From contig NC_087436.1 in the NCBI RefSeq assembly GCF_036321535.1, positions 45,696,001-45,760,000 on the forward strand: a DNA stretch of 64,000 bases. The letters are read 5' to 3'. The position numbers and the translations under genes were made by a program. The notes beneath the pieces were generated by a model. It saw nothing but the letters and a program-made list of their open reading frames with translations, was not told the DNA's origin and ran no database searches. Source of the stretch: Camelus dromedarius. Taxonomy: Eukaryota. Positions 13,816 through 29,571 of the stretch are shown in pieces; within the stretch, counting starts at the first letter, position 1, and each line of letters starts with the position of its first letter.

Positions 13816-14676
13816 TCAGTAATAAATCAGCAAAAATTAGGGCACCTCACACTTGTATCTGCTGTAACTGACTGGCAAGGCTGTTTTTGTTACTCTAACA
13901 ATGGGTGAAAGAGGTCAGTTCAATTATCATGAAAACCTCGGTTTACACTGTCACTGTTTATACTTTCAAATACAGATTTTCATATTAGAATTACCCTTGG
14001 GATAAAAAAGTACTAATTCCCCCGAAAAGATACAGCCATTTAAGCCAAGGACTCTAGGAAGTTCTTGACAGGAATGGGACATCCCCTGCTCTGCTCTTCA
14101 GCCTTCTCAGTGCTGACAGGGGCCCTTCACCTGAGTGTGGGGACATTCCCCAGTAGTTTTACTTTCACTAAACCCCAGCCTTCCAGGTCACTGTTCTAAG
14201 CTATGGCTCTCGCCCACTAGTCCCATGTAAGCAGGGACTACAATGAACAGGCAGATGCCAGGTTTACCTGAAATCTTGCTCCAACTAGTTCCACTGAATG
14301 TATGCTGCAGCCATTAGGTTCATGAGTAACTCACTGGACCTCCCAGGAGAAAGGACACGGCATTTCTCCTTGGGTCATTACATTGGGCCTGGAGTCTCCA
14401 AATAGGAGGACCCCAAGATAACCAGCCCTGGTGCAGTTTCTTAAGATTCCTACCAGATGGTTATGCAGTGAGATGCAGGAGTCACACACTCTTTGAGGAT
14501 CTTATGAGAGCTATGGAACTACTCCCCTAAAAAATTTGAAAATACTGACATTCTGCACACAGTCAAACCCACAGAGGTCCATGGAGTCCACTCAGGGAAT
14601 TCCTTCCTTATATCAATCCCTGAGCAGCCTTAGAAAGTACATGATCTAGGAACACAAGATACAAAGGAGACCTGAA

Positions 14677-14724
14677 TACAACATTATAAATCGACTATAC
14701 TTCAATAAAACATAAAATTTAATA
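14677..14724 (+). mobile_element. Very short 5'-truncated L1 tail
   Basis: Perfect TSD AAAGGAGACCTGAA at 14663-14676 and 14725-14738. Confidence 0.8.
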
Positions 14725-14821
14725 AAAGGAGACCTGAAAGTATTACAAAGGCTTTAAAATTGGGGAAAAATAAAATTGCCTTTCTGGGGGAACCAAAGGG
14801 AGAAACTTGACATTGGCTTTA

Positions 14822-15097
<276 letters not shown>

Positions 15098-15487
15098 TCA
15101 TAATTCTTAAGAACTCTAATCTCCCTGTGACATCCACAGGTGTGTTGTCTCACGGTGGTGGCACTGCTCTAGGGTCAAACATTAGCCCAGCTTACTCAGC
15201 TTTCTGAAGCCCATTTATTTCTCTAATTGTATTTCTCCTACAATATCTTTCAGGATAGGACATCCTAATTAGCCAGAAACACCATTCCTTGGGTATGGCA
15301 TTAGTATCCTACAAATACTAAGCACAACTTACTAGCTTTTTCTTTTTGATCTAGTTTTATTAAAAGTATGTATGTATGTATGTGTGTGTATTTATTTAAA
15401 GAATAGATAAGACACATAAACAAATGCTGAAAATGAAATATCTATTTAAGAAGCAAAATAAAAAAGCTGCAAAACTAGGAACATCTT

Positions 15488-15537
15488 TTAAGTATAATAT
15501 TTTAGGTCAGAATTAAGTATAATATTTTAGGTCAGAA
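15488..15537. repeat. Perfect 25-bp tandem duplication
   Basis: TTAAGTATAATATTTTAGGTCAGAA x2. Confidence 0.95.
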
Positions 15538-16931
15538 CTGTATCTGTTTTTAGGGTCTTATGTAAAGAACAAATATCCTTCAGACAATATATAACATTGC
15601 CATAGGTCTTATCCCCAGATTTCTGAGTTTATTGCTGCCAGCATTCCATGTTTTCCAGGGTGAAGAGTAAGATCTGCTCGGTAAGGTACGTGCTGAGGTT
15701 AAATTAGCCAAATACATTGAACAACAAATGGCCAACTTGGTACCTTTGATTTTCAGAGCCAGAGTCAAGGGCTAAACCAGTAGTACGTATATCCCTGTTC
15801 AAATTTTGCTCCTTCTTATTTTTTGCCAATTTTAACAATGACGTTGTAAAATGCTCTGGGAAATAGAGATAAGCATGAGTCTGAGGGCAGATCTCAAGAT
15901 GCATGGAGATGCAGGCCAGGGTTCCGGTAATGGGTGATAGCAAGGGAAGAAGTCTGGGGTCTAGGACCCAGAGCCCTGGCAGAGCTGAGATCAGTGAGAG
16001 CCTGTGAGTATCATGGGAAGAGCCACAGTCCTAGGAGAAGGACTGCTGAAATACGGCCGAGCTGTGAAAGGCACAAGAAACAAGCCAGCAAGAGCCTGAG
16101 CACAGCAGTGCAAGAGGCTGAGACCATTCTCCATGTAGGTTCCTTTCTCTGGTCTCTGTTTATCTCCCCACTCTGACTCTACCCGTTTCCTTCTATTTCA
16201 AGTCATTAAACTCTTTTCTTGACCAATAACAGCATCACACAGTAGAAACATATTCTTACACCCTTGAAAATATTCCTCCTAATATACATCGAGACCACCT
16301 GGGGGACATTTTACCCTCTAGAGATTCTGATTTGATAAATCAAGGGAAAGGCTCATTTTTTACCAGAATCTGGAATGATTCTGATACTGGGAATCTTCCC
16401 ACCACACTTGGAGAAATATCGGCCTAAGGTACTAAAGGAACAGCCCACTTACATCTCAGTTACGAATACCTCCTTTTCGCTAGTCTGTATTAGTTCCTTA
16501 GTTATTTTAAACTTGTTTATTCAGATCTCTTGACAGAATTAATGCACAGTCAATCTTGCCAATTATTTAATACCATCACAGTATTACCTGCTAACTCAGT
16601 TAAGATTTGCACTGGATAATTTTTGGATATTGATTCCAAAAGTTTTGTTTCTTGTCCACAGTTTTTATGCCAATTGCACATGTTTAGTTACATTGTTTCT
16701 CATGTTCCTACATGCTTCACATATCAAAATTTTATAATTAAGAAAATTAAAAGTGAGATGACCTTAAATATTTAAAGTAAGTATCTAAAGGTAGGAACTT
16801 GAAAATGTATTGGAGACAAAATGCACTTACTGCAAACTTCTAACAAAAGAGCATATAATCGTTTTAACTGTCATTTTTATAATGTTTTCAAATGAACAAC
16901 AAAAATTCAGAAACGTCTGATTTGGTCTTTT

Positions 16932-17045
16932 TTTTAATTGAAGTATTGTCAGTTTACAATGTTGTGTCAATTGCTAGTGTACTGCATAATGCTTCAGTCA
17001 CACATGAACATACATATATTCATTTTCATATTCTTTTTTACCATA
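16932..17045 (-). mobile_element. 5'-truncated L1 tail
   Basis: Reverse L1 tail motif; TSD TGATTTGGTCTTTT at 16918-16931 and 17046-17059. Confidence 0.8.
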
Positions 17046-18674
17046 TGATTTGGTCTTTTAATAGCACCAAAGTGCTACCACTTTCTTGAGGTAACCCAAA
17101 AATTGAGGGATTATGCTTGCTGTAAGTATCCCTTTTAAAAATCTTTCCAAACCCAGAATGATAGATGACTGACCACTGCATTAAAAATTGGGAAACTGAG
17201 CTCTGTCTTGAGTCTGCCTTTTACATGAAATCACTTTATCTCTTTGACCTCAGTTTTCATGAAATAAAAGGGTCGAAGTAGATATTCTCTGAGATCCCTC
17301 ACATCAAAAATAATAATGATGATGATGATGATGGTTCTATACAGAATCAGATGTTTGGTAAATTCCTCTAAGTTCATACCTCTAAAGATTTTTGAACCTG
17401 AATTAATGGAGATTCAAACTGACTCATGAAGACAGCAAGTAGTGTCTAGGGTACAGGAATTGCTCTGCTCTTCACCTAGATGCAGTATTACTTATCTCTC
17501 CCTCTCTTTTTTTTTTTTTTTTGTATTTTTCTACTACCTCGTACCTGTTCTTTTGTGTGTTCTTATCATCACCATCACCATCATCATCACAATTAGATAT
17601 ATATGCATCTCTTTTTCACTAGTCAATAAGCTTTTGAGAATAAGGCCTGTATCCCATTCACACTTTTAGTCCCAATAGCACCAGACATTGTGCCTTTTAC
17701 AACACAGGTGTGCTACAAACATCTGGAATACACACACAAAGACCTGTCATCATGAAACCTGCTATTTAACACCTTTATTTGGTTTCTCCTTGAAAATCCA
17801 GTCAACCTCAGAGTTAGGACTCAAACAGTTGGTCAGTCCTCTTTCCACTATACCACACTGCTGATGGTTTTAATAATACTCATTAACAACATACATTACT
17901 GTTCAATGATGAACATAGGCAAGAAAGCAATCACTATTCTCTGAGTGGTTATGCTGATAATGTGACCTGAATTCAAACACTAAACACTTAAAAGGTCATT
18001 TTAGGAAGTGGTGAAACAGAGGATTGAGGGCTATATTTTCGTTTAATCCCCTTAATCTTCTGCTGTTCTTTAGCTTCAAATTAGGCTAAAGCCAGCACTC
18101 AGAATGCTGCTGCTGACCTCAGATAACACCCCTTCCCAGAGCCCAGCAGTGGGGCTTAATTACCTTTGAGGTCAAATTAAAGCTCCTAATCATGGAGTTT
18201 AATGTCCACCACCAACTGTGCCCTCAATAACTGCCCAATACACAAGCTCTCATGAGCTCTGCTACAGCCAAGCAAACTATAGATTTTACCCCAGCCCAGT
18301 TCCGAAACAATGCACATGGGATTCCCTAGCCTGCTTCTTTCCAAGGATCATACCTTTTTTCCTACCTCAAATTCAGGGTAAGACTCACCTCATCATCAAA
18401 GCCTTTCTCACCTCTTCCATTTGAACTCATTCACTTTAATCATTCTTGTAACTAAATATTTAGCACTCCTGATAGTTAAACAATTTGAATAACATTTTAT
18501 AAAGCACTTACGTTATTGCATGTAATTTTCATAACAAGCCCTTGAGCTATGCAGAGTAATTATTGTCTTCCATTTTACAGATTAGGAAGTAGTATCTTAA
18601 GGATTCAAATTTAGGTAATAAGGGGTAGGACTGGGACTCAAGCTCAAGTCTTCAATGATAGACCCCCATCTCTT

Positions 18675-18830
18675 TAATATATATATGTAAATATGTGTGT
18701 ATGTGTTCGTGTATATATGTATACTTACATATATATAACTATGGGTTTTTATAGAAAATATATATTTTATTATACATGATATATATATAACTGTATCTAT
18801 ATATAAAATTGTGTATAAATATATGACATA
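18675..18830. repeat. AT-rich (TA)n-like low-complexity tract
   Basis: Degenerate TATA/TGTA repeats. Confidence 0.8.
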
Positions 18831-19539
18831 TTTTTTGTAAATGCCCTTAATTTTTGTTTTATTTATTGCCTTTTTCAATTAGTGAGTTCCCTGAAGTTTT
18901 TGAGGGAGGTGATTCCCTCAAAAAACTTCCCAAACTGTATAATATAGAAGCTTATTCTTCATTAATAGAAAATAAGAAGGAAGAAACTACAAGAATGGTT
19001 ATTTTGTGCTATTGGAATTCCTAATTAAAGTAAAAACAAATTACTTGGCCAGAATTCAGCTACTTGGTATCCTCATCCATCTAAACCTCCCTAAGAATCA
19101 GAAAGGAAACAGATTGACAGCTTCTGAGCAGTTAAAATAAATGCTTTTCACTCTCAGAAGAGCCCCTCAGGCCCACTCAGTCTTTCCTTATTTCACACCC
19201 ATTTCTTACTTCGTGCCCACAGCACAAAGATGGAAACCCAAGGCCTCCATTCCCATTGTCAGCATCCCCATCCCCACTGCATTCCCTGATAGCAGGAGAG
19301 GCTACATGAGTCCAGTGTTCTTTCCTGCTGGGCCCAGACAAAGCCTTAGCCCAGGATTCCAAACCACCAAAGGGCTAGTTACTGTTCATCTTTCCCACAA
19401 AGACTAGAAGCCTTACATCAGGGCCTCTCCTGGAGAAAGACAGCAAAATTTGAGTGTGAAAATGATAGTAACTGCAATGAATAAAAACATCAAATATTTT
19501 TACATCTTTGAATTTATAAAGATTTTCTTTTAAAGGTCA

Positions 19540-20130
19540 CCTTTGGAGAATACACTAACCCTTTATTCTGAAAACAGATAAATTGAGGGAGAGATTAGAT
19601 TAAGCACTTAGTCTATCTTTCCTATAAAAGATCCTTCTTAGGGAAATCACATAGCTGATGTGGAAAAGTTCTTCAGCTAATGAAGGCATAAGCAATGATA
19701 GACTTAGATTGTCATGACTTTGAACCTCTAATGAAAAAACAGCTCTAGGCAAGGATAATTAATCGCTTATAAAGCCATTATGTGAAAGGCTGATAGGAAC
19801 CTCAACAATAGATGGACCAGGCTGGCAACATCTGAACCACTGATGAATCTTGACCACCACAAAGAAAGCGGAGAACCAGCCACTACACGCCCTCTGGTGT
19901 GGTTACTAGGAAGCATATCGTACTACCTGCAGTACCATCTGCAAAGCACTCTTGCAAAAAAATCTGAATCTTACCAGGCTTCCAGGCCAAAACAACCAGT
20001 TTATAGGAAACACAGAATCATGTTAAATGAAATCATAGGGACAGAATCTGCAAAATCCAGAATGTGGAAAATTCTAAGGGACAAACAATCTGGATTTCTC
20101 AACAAACAAATGGCAGGGAAAAGCCTCAGA
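19540..20130 (+). mobile_element. Old L1MC-like 3' fragment
   Basis: AAATCCAGAATGTGGAAAATTCTA...GGATTTCTCAACAAACAAATGGCA motifs; boundaries approximate. Confidence 0.55.
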
Positions 20131-20623
20131 AAACAAACAGAAGCTACAGCCAGGTATATGGAAACCAGCAAGAAGCGAGAGACGACAGCAAGAAAGATAG
20201 AAAAATGACAAAGAGCCATTCCAAGTATTTAAAAGTATTTAAATGGGCAGCTTTAACTACACGAGTCACTTCCATGAGCAGGTACATTGTTAGGTGGAGC
20301 CAATTTTCCCTCAGGAACTCTCAGAATTAAAGAAATTCAGCAATATTTTTGTGCATGAAATGAATGCAATGTATTTTAAATGGTGTTGATGATAAATGTC
20401 CTTCACTTTCCAAAGAATATACTTTTGAAAGTCTCTTACAAGCTTAAAATCAGAATCTACATTTTAAAGAATTACAGAAGAAAGCAAATTATTTGCACCT
20501 TTTACAAAAGAACATCTGTGTGAGCAGTTAAACTCGTTGCAAAATCCCCAGAAGTTGAGCTTGAAATAATGTCATTAATATTGTATGCAGAGAAGTTCCC
20601 TCTCTGGCTGTGAGATTCATATA

Positions 20624-20936
20624 CAGTCTGCCTTTTGTATCCATGAGTTCCACATCTACAGATTCAACCAACCATGGATGGAAAATATGCTTTAAAAAAA
20701 AATACCCAGGAAGTTCCAAGAAGCAAAATTTGAATTTACCTTGTGTCAGCAACTATTTACTTAGTATTTACATTGTGTTAGGTATTAAAGCAATACAGAG
20801 ACAATTTAAAGTATAAAGGACAATGTTAGGTAATATTCAAATACTATACTAGTTTATATAAGGGACTTGAGCATCCTCAGATTTTAGCTGGGCAAGAGTC
20901 CTAGAATATATCCCCACAGATACTGAAGGACGACAG
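20624..20936. mobile_element. MER2 (TcMar-Tigger) element
   Basis: TA target sites on both sides; CAGATTCAACCAACCATGGATGGAAAATAT and TATAAGGGACTTGAGCATCC motifs. Confidence 0.8.
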
Positions 20937-22260
20937 TAATAGTATGGGTGTCAGGGCAGCCAGGAGAGCACTGCTGCCTAATAAGTTTAATCCTGCCAAC
21001 AAAAACGTGAGATCAAGTCTGTGTCTCTTTTCAGGTAGCCAGGGGAGGAACGTGGGGGGGTGGCCGGGGCGGGGGCCGGAGGTGGGGGGAGAGGGAAAAG
21101 TTGATTTTCTGAGTTCCTGAAATGAAAAACATTTTTTAGAAGAGAGTGAAATAAAGTTTTGGCCCCATGACCTGTGCAAACTGAAGCTTTTAATCACCAG
21201 GAGGCCATGCATAGACAAGAAGATGCCAAATTACAAGTTTTTCCAAAGCAATTAAGGCAAATCTAAGATATGAAATGATAGACAATAGTGAGAATGTAGC
21301 TGGGAGGCAGCAAGGTGTCAGTCTGCCTGGGTTCACATCCCAAGTCTGCCCCAGTGTGACCTTGAACAAGCAATTGTGACATCTCTGAACCTCAGCTTTT
21401 TAATCTATAAAATGGTACTAATAACCACACTTAATTTGTAGGGTTGTTATGAAGATCAAATGAGACAATGTAGGAAAAGCCCAGAGCATTACTATTCTTT
21501 CTAAGAGAAATACAACCTGGGCTATTTTCCTATTTTACTGCAGCACATGCAGCAGCCCATGTCTCTGCCAAATCTATTACTTCTAGCCCAGACCTTTTTC
21601 CTGAAACCTAGACCAGTTAATTGAAAGAAATAAGAAAAAGGCTCTGGAGCGTAGTGAGAGTTAAGCTGCAAAGACCTGCTGCAGAGAAAATTGATTTAAA
21701 ACATTGGGATGTACTCATAATACACAAAAGGGAGCATTTTGGCCAAGCGCAAGGGTAGGGCTCATAACATGTAAGGAAGGCAACGTGTACTCAGATACTA
21801 AATATCCTTAGAAATTTTTCCTCATGGTATTACTTAGGGGAGAGGGTGCCAAAGTGTGTTTTTTAATTCTTTTTTTTTCCAACTATTGTTTATTAAATGT
21901 TCCCCCGGACTGGGACTACAATGGAGAGTTATATTCTCTGTCCTCATAGGACTACGGAAGTTTAGGAAGACACAATTACGGCAAGGTATGGTAAGTGCCC
22001 TGTGACAGAGGAAGTCTGCTGTTCTCTGAGAACAGCTACTGAGGCTCAGCATAGGGAGGTCAGGGTAGGTATTCCTGAAAGAGGTGACATCAGAGCCGTT
22101 TATAAGAGGATGAAAAGAGCAAGTCAGTGCAGAGAAGGAGAAAGAATGTTCCTGAGCATGCCAAGAGGCTGGGGGAGAGAGCAAGTGTGCCTCTTTGGAG
22201 GAAATCAAAGCTTTGAGGATGGCTGCAGCTCATACTGTGAAGCAGAAAGTGAGGAGAGAG

Positions 22261-22349
22261 GTGTGAGGGTACAGCTCAGTGGTAGAGTGTGAACTTAGCA
22301 TGCATGAGGTCCTGGGTTCAATCCCCAGTACCACCATTTTTAAAAAAAG
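22261..22349 (+). mobile_element. Vic-1-like tRNA-derived SINE (short form)
   Basis: GAGGGTACAGCTCAGTGGTAGAG...GGTTCAATCCCCAGTACC plus A tail. Confidence 0.85.
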
Positions 22350-22431
22350 AAGAGGAAAGACAATGGTGAGGGAGGAGGCTGAGAAATGAAAAGGGGGCCC
22401 TGTGAACTGATTAAATGAAGAGACTGGACTG

Positions 22432-22598
22432 TTTTTTTGAAGTATAGTTGGTTTACACTGTTGTGTTAGTTTCTGGTGTACAGCAAAATGATTCAGTTAT
22501 ACATATATATACACACATATATTCCTTTCCATCTTCTTTTCCATTATGGTATATTACAAGATATTGAATAATTGAATATTGTTCCCTGTGCTACACAA
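22432..22598 (-). mobile_element. L1 3' end fragment
   Basis: GAAGTATAGTTGGTTTACACTGTTGTGTTAGTTTCTGGTGTACAGC motif. Confidence 0.8.
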
Positions 22599-23532
22599 TA
22601 AGATAAGGCCCATGAAAATACTTTGGAAACTATGAGGATAGATATAAATGTAAGAGACGATGATGATGATGATGATATCTATAACTATTATGAATGAGAC
22701 TCAATAATCTTTATTCACAGTAGTTGTTGGTTCTGATTTTGTTGTGAGTCATCACCACTTGCACAATGAGTTGTATTTGAGCTTGAGTCAAAATTTCTCC
22801 TGGAAGGTATCTGGCAGTATATCAGCTTCACTGCCTTTATGTGTGGAATATGGTCACCATCTATTTTATAGTCTTGCCATGAAGTTGTTGCTCTTTAATG
22901 TGCTGCAAGCCACAACTGAATTGTTTCCCACAGTTCTTGCTTTATAAATTCAAATAAGTTAATTTTTAAAAAACAACTTATCTGAACAAATGCTTCACCT
23001 CTTGGAATTTATTTTATTCTTGGCAGTTTCTCATTTCTTGCATTGAAAGTAGGCACTACACAAGTTAAAATATAGTTTCTATCTAAGTTTTTAAAGAAAT
23101 CAGGTAAAAAGCATTTATACTATTAGTTAATTGCCTGAGGATATAAGAAATAACAATACCAATTGCCCCTAGATTCTAACCTCGCTTTGACAATCTCAAG
23201 CCAGTTCTCCTGTTTGGTCTCCACAGCTCTTGTCAGGAGTGACATGCAAACGCATTTATATACTAATTGTGGGAGGGACTCATAGTCCCCATCATGTCCC
23301 ACACTATTACCAAAACCTAGTGGCATCTAACAATGAGGAAGAAAAGAGAACAAACAATTTCATCTTTGCTTTGGAAACTCACAAGTCTAGTTGCAGATAA
23401 AATTAAATATGTCTTAAAGCCTTCTTAAAATAAAATGTTTATATAAAGGCAGATGTTACTGTGACATCATTTATGTGGGATATAAGCCATATGGAAGCAG
23501 CCTACCTAAAAAAAATTACACGCAAAGGAATT

Positions 23533-24001
23533 TGTATGGCTGTTCACATAACGGACACCATCTTGGGCCCTGACAGTTTCTCCTGTCCTTCCACTGACCC
23601 TCCTCAGTACTGTGCTGTACAGTGAATCACTTCTCTGTCATCAGGGGCTTTCTAGTTAACAATCATGAGGACCAGGTAGCCTCTATGCTTGTTAGTTCCC
23701 AATGATGAAAATCTTCCCTAACATTCCCAGCACCCAAGGCCAGTTACCCACTGATAAATCCTGTTTCTACCCCCTACCCCTATACCCTCGGTTAACTACA
23801 AAGTGGTCCCAATGGCCCCTCGGCAGTGTGGAGTACAGCTGTGAGTGCTTCCGAATCACTGTCTGCCCGATCCCGCCCTGTGAGTAGGTTATCCTGTAAT
23901 AAACTGATCCATTGATTATGTGGGGCCACCTGCCTCATTTTTCCATCTTACAATGCCTCCTCAGTTCAGTGGGTACTTTTTGGTTCCTCCATCCTCCAAC
24001 A
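23533..24001 (+). mobile_element. Solo LTR (5-bp TSD, ERVL-type) in intron 5
   Basis: TGTATGG...CCAACA termini, TSD GAATT on both sides, AATAAA about 100 nt before the 3' end. Confidence 0.85.
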
Positions 24002-24149
24002 GAATTCAGAGAAGACTACATTTGAAAGTAGAAATTTAGGACCATGACTAGATTCATTTAATCCATTCATTTTACTAATGTTATCTAAAGTTCTTTATAA
24101 ATAAATCATAACCACTGAATAGAGGGTGGTTTAAATCATCATTCACTCA

Positions 24150-25118
<969 letters not shown>

Positions 25119-25169
25119 TTATTAAAGTTTCACTTCATATCAATTTATTGTCTGAATTTTAATCACCTG

Positions 25170-25283
25170 CCTTTTTTTTCTTTTTCTTTTTCTTTTTTTT
25201 TTTCAATGGAGGTACTGGGGAGTGAACTCAGGCCCTCGTGCATGCTAAGCAAGCAGTCCACTACTGAGCTAGTAACCTTCCCC
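25170..25283 (-). mobile_element. Vic-1-like tRNA-derived SINE
   Basis: Reverse complement of the same SINE body with a T-rich tail. Confidence 0.8.
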
Positions 25284-25740
25284 TTAATCACCTACCTTTT
25301 CAACTGATTCTTATTTGGGGTTAGAAACAGATATTAAGTTTAAATTTTTATTTATATAGCCACAATCTGAATTAATAGGATATAATTTTCTAGCTCCAGA
25401 TCCATTGCCTCATTCTTTTGCTACTCAGCACATACTTGTGATGAAAATAAAATAGGGAAGAAAATAAGAACAGGATAAGAGTAGACTTCTGGTTTTGTCA
25501 ATTTAATATGCCTAATTTCTGCCTCTTGCCAGTCTACAGTCAGTTGCTGGCAAGACAGCAAATCAAATGAAAGACAGACACTTCACAAAACATATGATAT
25601 AATAAATCCAAAAAGAATAACTATAACCAGCATGTGAAAATTTTATTATATGCCAAATATTCTGTTAATTATTTTTATTGGCATTTCTTTACTAAATCTT
25701 CACAATAACCCCAAGAAGTAGGTACTATTATTATCCCCAT

Positions 25741-26229
25741 TGTATGGCTGTTGGCTTAACTGAAGCCATCTTGGGCCCGTTCAGTTCCTGCTGTCTTTCT
25801 ACTGAGCCTACCTGGGACTATACTGTGTGGTAAATCACTTCTCAATCGTCAAAGGCTTTGTAGTAAATAGATATTATTTAACAATCATTAGGATATGGTG
25901 ACCTCTGTGCTCAGTAGTCCCCAAACAATAATGTAAACCTTCGCTGAAGTATTTCCAGCACCCATAAGACTAGTTACCCATTCACAAAATCTAGACTGAG
26001 GAATGCACTTACCCCCATACCCTCGGTTAACGGTAAAATTGTCCCAGTGACCCCTCGGCTATGCTGAGTGCAGCTGCGAGTTCTTCCAGATCATTGTCTG
26101 CCTGATCTCACCCTATAAGTTACCCTGTAATAAACTGATCCATTGATTATGTGGAGCCGCCTACCTTGTTTTTCCATCTCAAGATACCTCAGTTCGGTGG
26201 GCACTTTTCGTTCCCCCAACCTTCCAACA
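25741..26229 (+). mobile_element. Solo LTR of the same family as 23533-24001, in intron 4, inserted into a MIR
   Basis: TGTATGG...CCAACA termini; long shared blocks with 23533-24001 (CCATCTTGGGCCC, ATACCCTCGGTTAAC, CTGTAATAAACTGATCCATTGATTATGTGG); degenerate TSD CCCAT/TCCAC; MIR halves on both sides. Confidence 0.85.
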
Positions 26230-26442
26230 TCCACATTAAAGGAAACTGAGGATGAGAGAAGTCAGGTACCCTGCCCAAGTCACTCATCTAATAAACAATA
26301 AATATGGGACTTGAACTCAAGTCCTTTGGACTCCAGAATCTGTGCTAAACCACTACACCAGTTTAGACGACAAAAGTAAAATTAATTTATCCCACAAACT
26401 TCAAATAGCAATTGTTTTATTTTACACCAAAAGCAAAACTTA

Positions 26443-26778
<336 letters not shown>

Positions 26779-27085
26779 CTATTTTGAATGAAAATTCAAT
26801 TCAACAAACATTTATTGCCCTGTTACGGCAATTTCATGTGATTTCAAGTTAGAAGGAGAATTACGCTTTTATAGCAGGAAACCATGGTAGTTAAGAGTGC
26901 TATTGTTAGGGGGAACATGCCTGAGTTCAAATCCAGGCAACCACCCTATTGAAAACGGTGTTGTGTACCACAAATAAGGGCCTTGGTCTCAATGAGGAGG
27001 TCCTCTTGAGTTCAAAATGTTACGATTCCATGAATTTTCATCAGGTTTTGAAATATATGTCGATGTCCAAAACCAGCAGAATTTA

Positions 27086-27283
<198 letters not shown>

Positions 27284-27959
27284 TTAAAATTATTATTAAT
27301 ATTTTCCTATTCACAACAAAATTGTTTTTATTGTTATGTCTCAAGTTCTATTCTTTTAAGTACTTGTCATTTTTGTGCATTCCCAAAATTATTTAAATGA
27401 TAAACTCCTCACAGATACAGTGCTATTGTTTGGACGCAGCAGTGCTCACCCTCCCATGTGAATACTTCTGGGCATGTATTTATATCACAGCTTTGAAATG
27501 AAAATTTATTCTATACTTATTGAAATTAAGCAATCAGCCATAATATATTAGTAGTTTCAATAATAGTAACAGTGGAATGTTAATGGTAACTTAAAGGCAG
27601 TTTTTTCAATTCCATTTACTAAAGGAATTTTCAAGATTCTTATCTGAACCCAGTTCCAAGCTTTGCCAAATTCTGGCAAGACTCCCTTCGAGTTTGTGCA
27701 TTGGGGCCTGAAGCAGATTGATTTCTCTCTAGGGACCCCACTTTTCTCTGGCTCCGCCCCCTCCAGCCCCACCCCCACTTTCTACAAGTCCTCAGTGTCC
27801 TCAGGCTATGACCCTGTGGTTCCAATAGCAGGACTGTTTTTTATGCCTCCTGAGCAGTGTTTACAATTGAACCAAACCTTAGTTATCTCCTAACTCCGAA
27901 GTGTACAGATACACCGGTCCTCTCGGTGGGCGGGGGGGGGGGGGGGGGTGAGATGAGGG

Positions 27960-28110
27960 GAAGCCCCGATCTGCATCGTGGCAGATTTCCGTGATGGAAG
28001 TACTCCCACAATCACGGGTTTTCAGCGACCAGCCTGACATCATCGAATGTGGAGCTGGGCAGAGCTCGAACAGTCTCAGGACTCTGTGCTATCCTGCACC
28101 GCACAGGACG
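27960..28110. mobile_element. MER63-like hAT-Blackjack fragment
   Basis: GATTTCCGTGATGGAAGTACTCCCACAATC...GAATGTGGAGCTGGGCAGAG resembles the recalled MER63 consensus. Confidence 0.5.
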
Positions 28111-28792
28111 TGATCTAACCAGTCCATTTAACCCTTCGCTAATGTATCAGTTCACCCAGGTAAACTGCCTTTTAAGGGTTGTCCTTCATAGCGATGTTGT
28201 AACCCAAAGGAGGGACTAACACCAGTGGATTTTAGACTTCAGGCCAATTCTTCCCTAATGACTTGCCATAAATTCACAGCTATTTAATGTTTTTTTTCCT
28301 ATTCCCTGACAGGAAACCCTCCAGATTCTTCAACTCAAGATTTCAAAACTGTTCTACAGACGGCTGGAGAGGAATGAGTAGCCATCTTTGTTAAAAGTGA
28401 AATTAGCCAAGTATTAGCGCCTAATTGAAGGCTTTAAGAATAACTGGAGGGAGAAGGCTTTGTTTAAAAAAAACAAAACAAGACAAAAAACAAACAGTGG
28501 GCACTCTGTGTTGAGAATAAATGCTTAAGGTTTCTCTCGTCACCTGCTCTCTGTAATCCATCTCCCTGGAATAGAGAGAACATTTTTGCTGGGACTCATT
28601 TAAGGGTTCTACTGATTAGAAAGAGAGATTAGAGATCTTTTGAATGTGCTTTGAAGCAAAGTATTTTGTATCTATCATCTGCTTTACTAGTCCTTTCCAG
28701 AGTGCAAATACCTTGAGAAGAAAAAGAAAAGTTTTTTTTTTCTTCCTAAATATCAGGTACGAAAACCCATGAGAGATTTGAAACAGATAAAA

Positions 28793-29021
28793 CAGGGTTT
28801 CTCAATCTCTGCATGATTGACCTTTTGGGCCAGATAATTCCTTGTTGTGAGGGACTGTCTTACAATTTGTAGGATGTTTAACAGCATCCCTGGCCTCTGC
28901 CCACTAGACGCTAGTAGCACATCCTCTGTTCTCCCCAATCTAGTTGTGACAACCAAAAATGTTCCTGGACATTGCCAAGTGCCCCCTGAGGGACAAAACT
29001 GCCCCCAGCTGAGAACCACAG
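28793..29021. mobile_element. MER20 hAT-Charlie DNA transposon
   Basis: CAGGGTTTCTCAA...GAGAACCACAG terminal inverted repeats; CAGCATCCCTGGCCTCTGCCCACTAGA core. Confidence 0.85.
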
Positions 29022-29301
29022 GAGTAGAAAATAATCATGTAAGTAATCTGTTTTAACCATAACGTGGTGATCTCACTTATTTATTAATAAACTTGCATAT
29101 TTTCAAAATTACATTGACATCCTGACTTTCTCCTTTTGGAGGCTTCTGAATATCAATGCCATATTCAAGAGCTGGTTCAGTAACATGACACCACAGGTGC
29201 AAATTAAATAAATACTTCTATGTGCCAGACACACATTGGAATTGTAATTTTCATTTACTGTATGTCATGAATTTGCTATATCATATTTGACAGCCTGTTC
29301 A

Positions 29302-29571
<270 letters not shown>

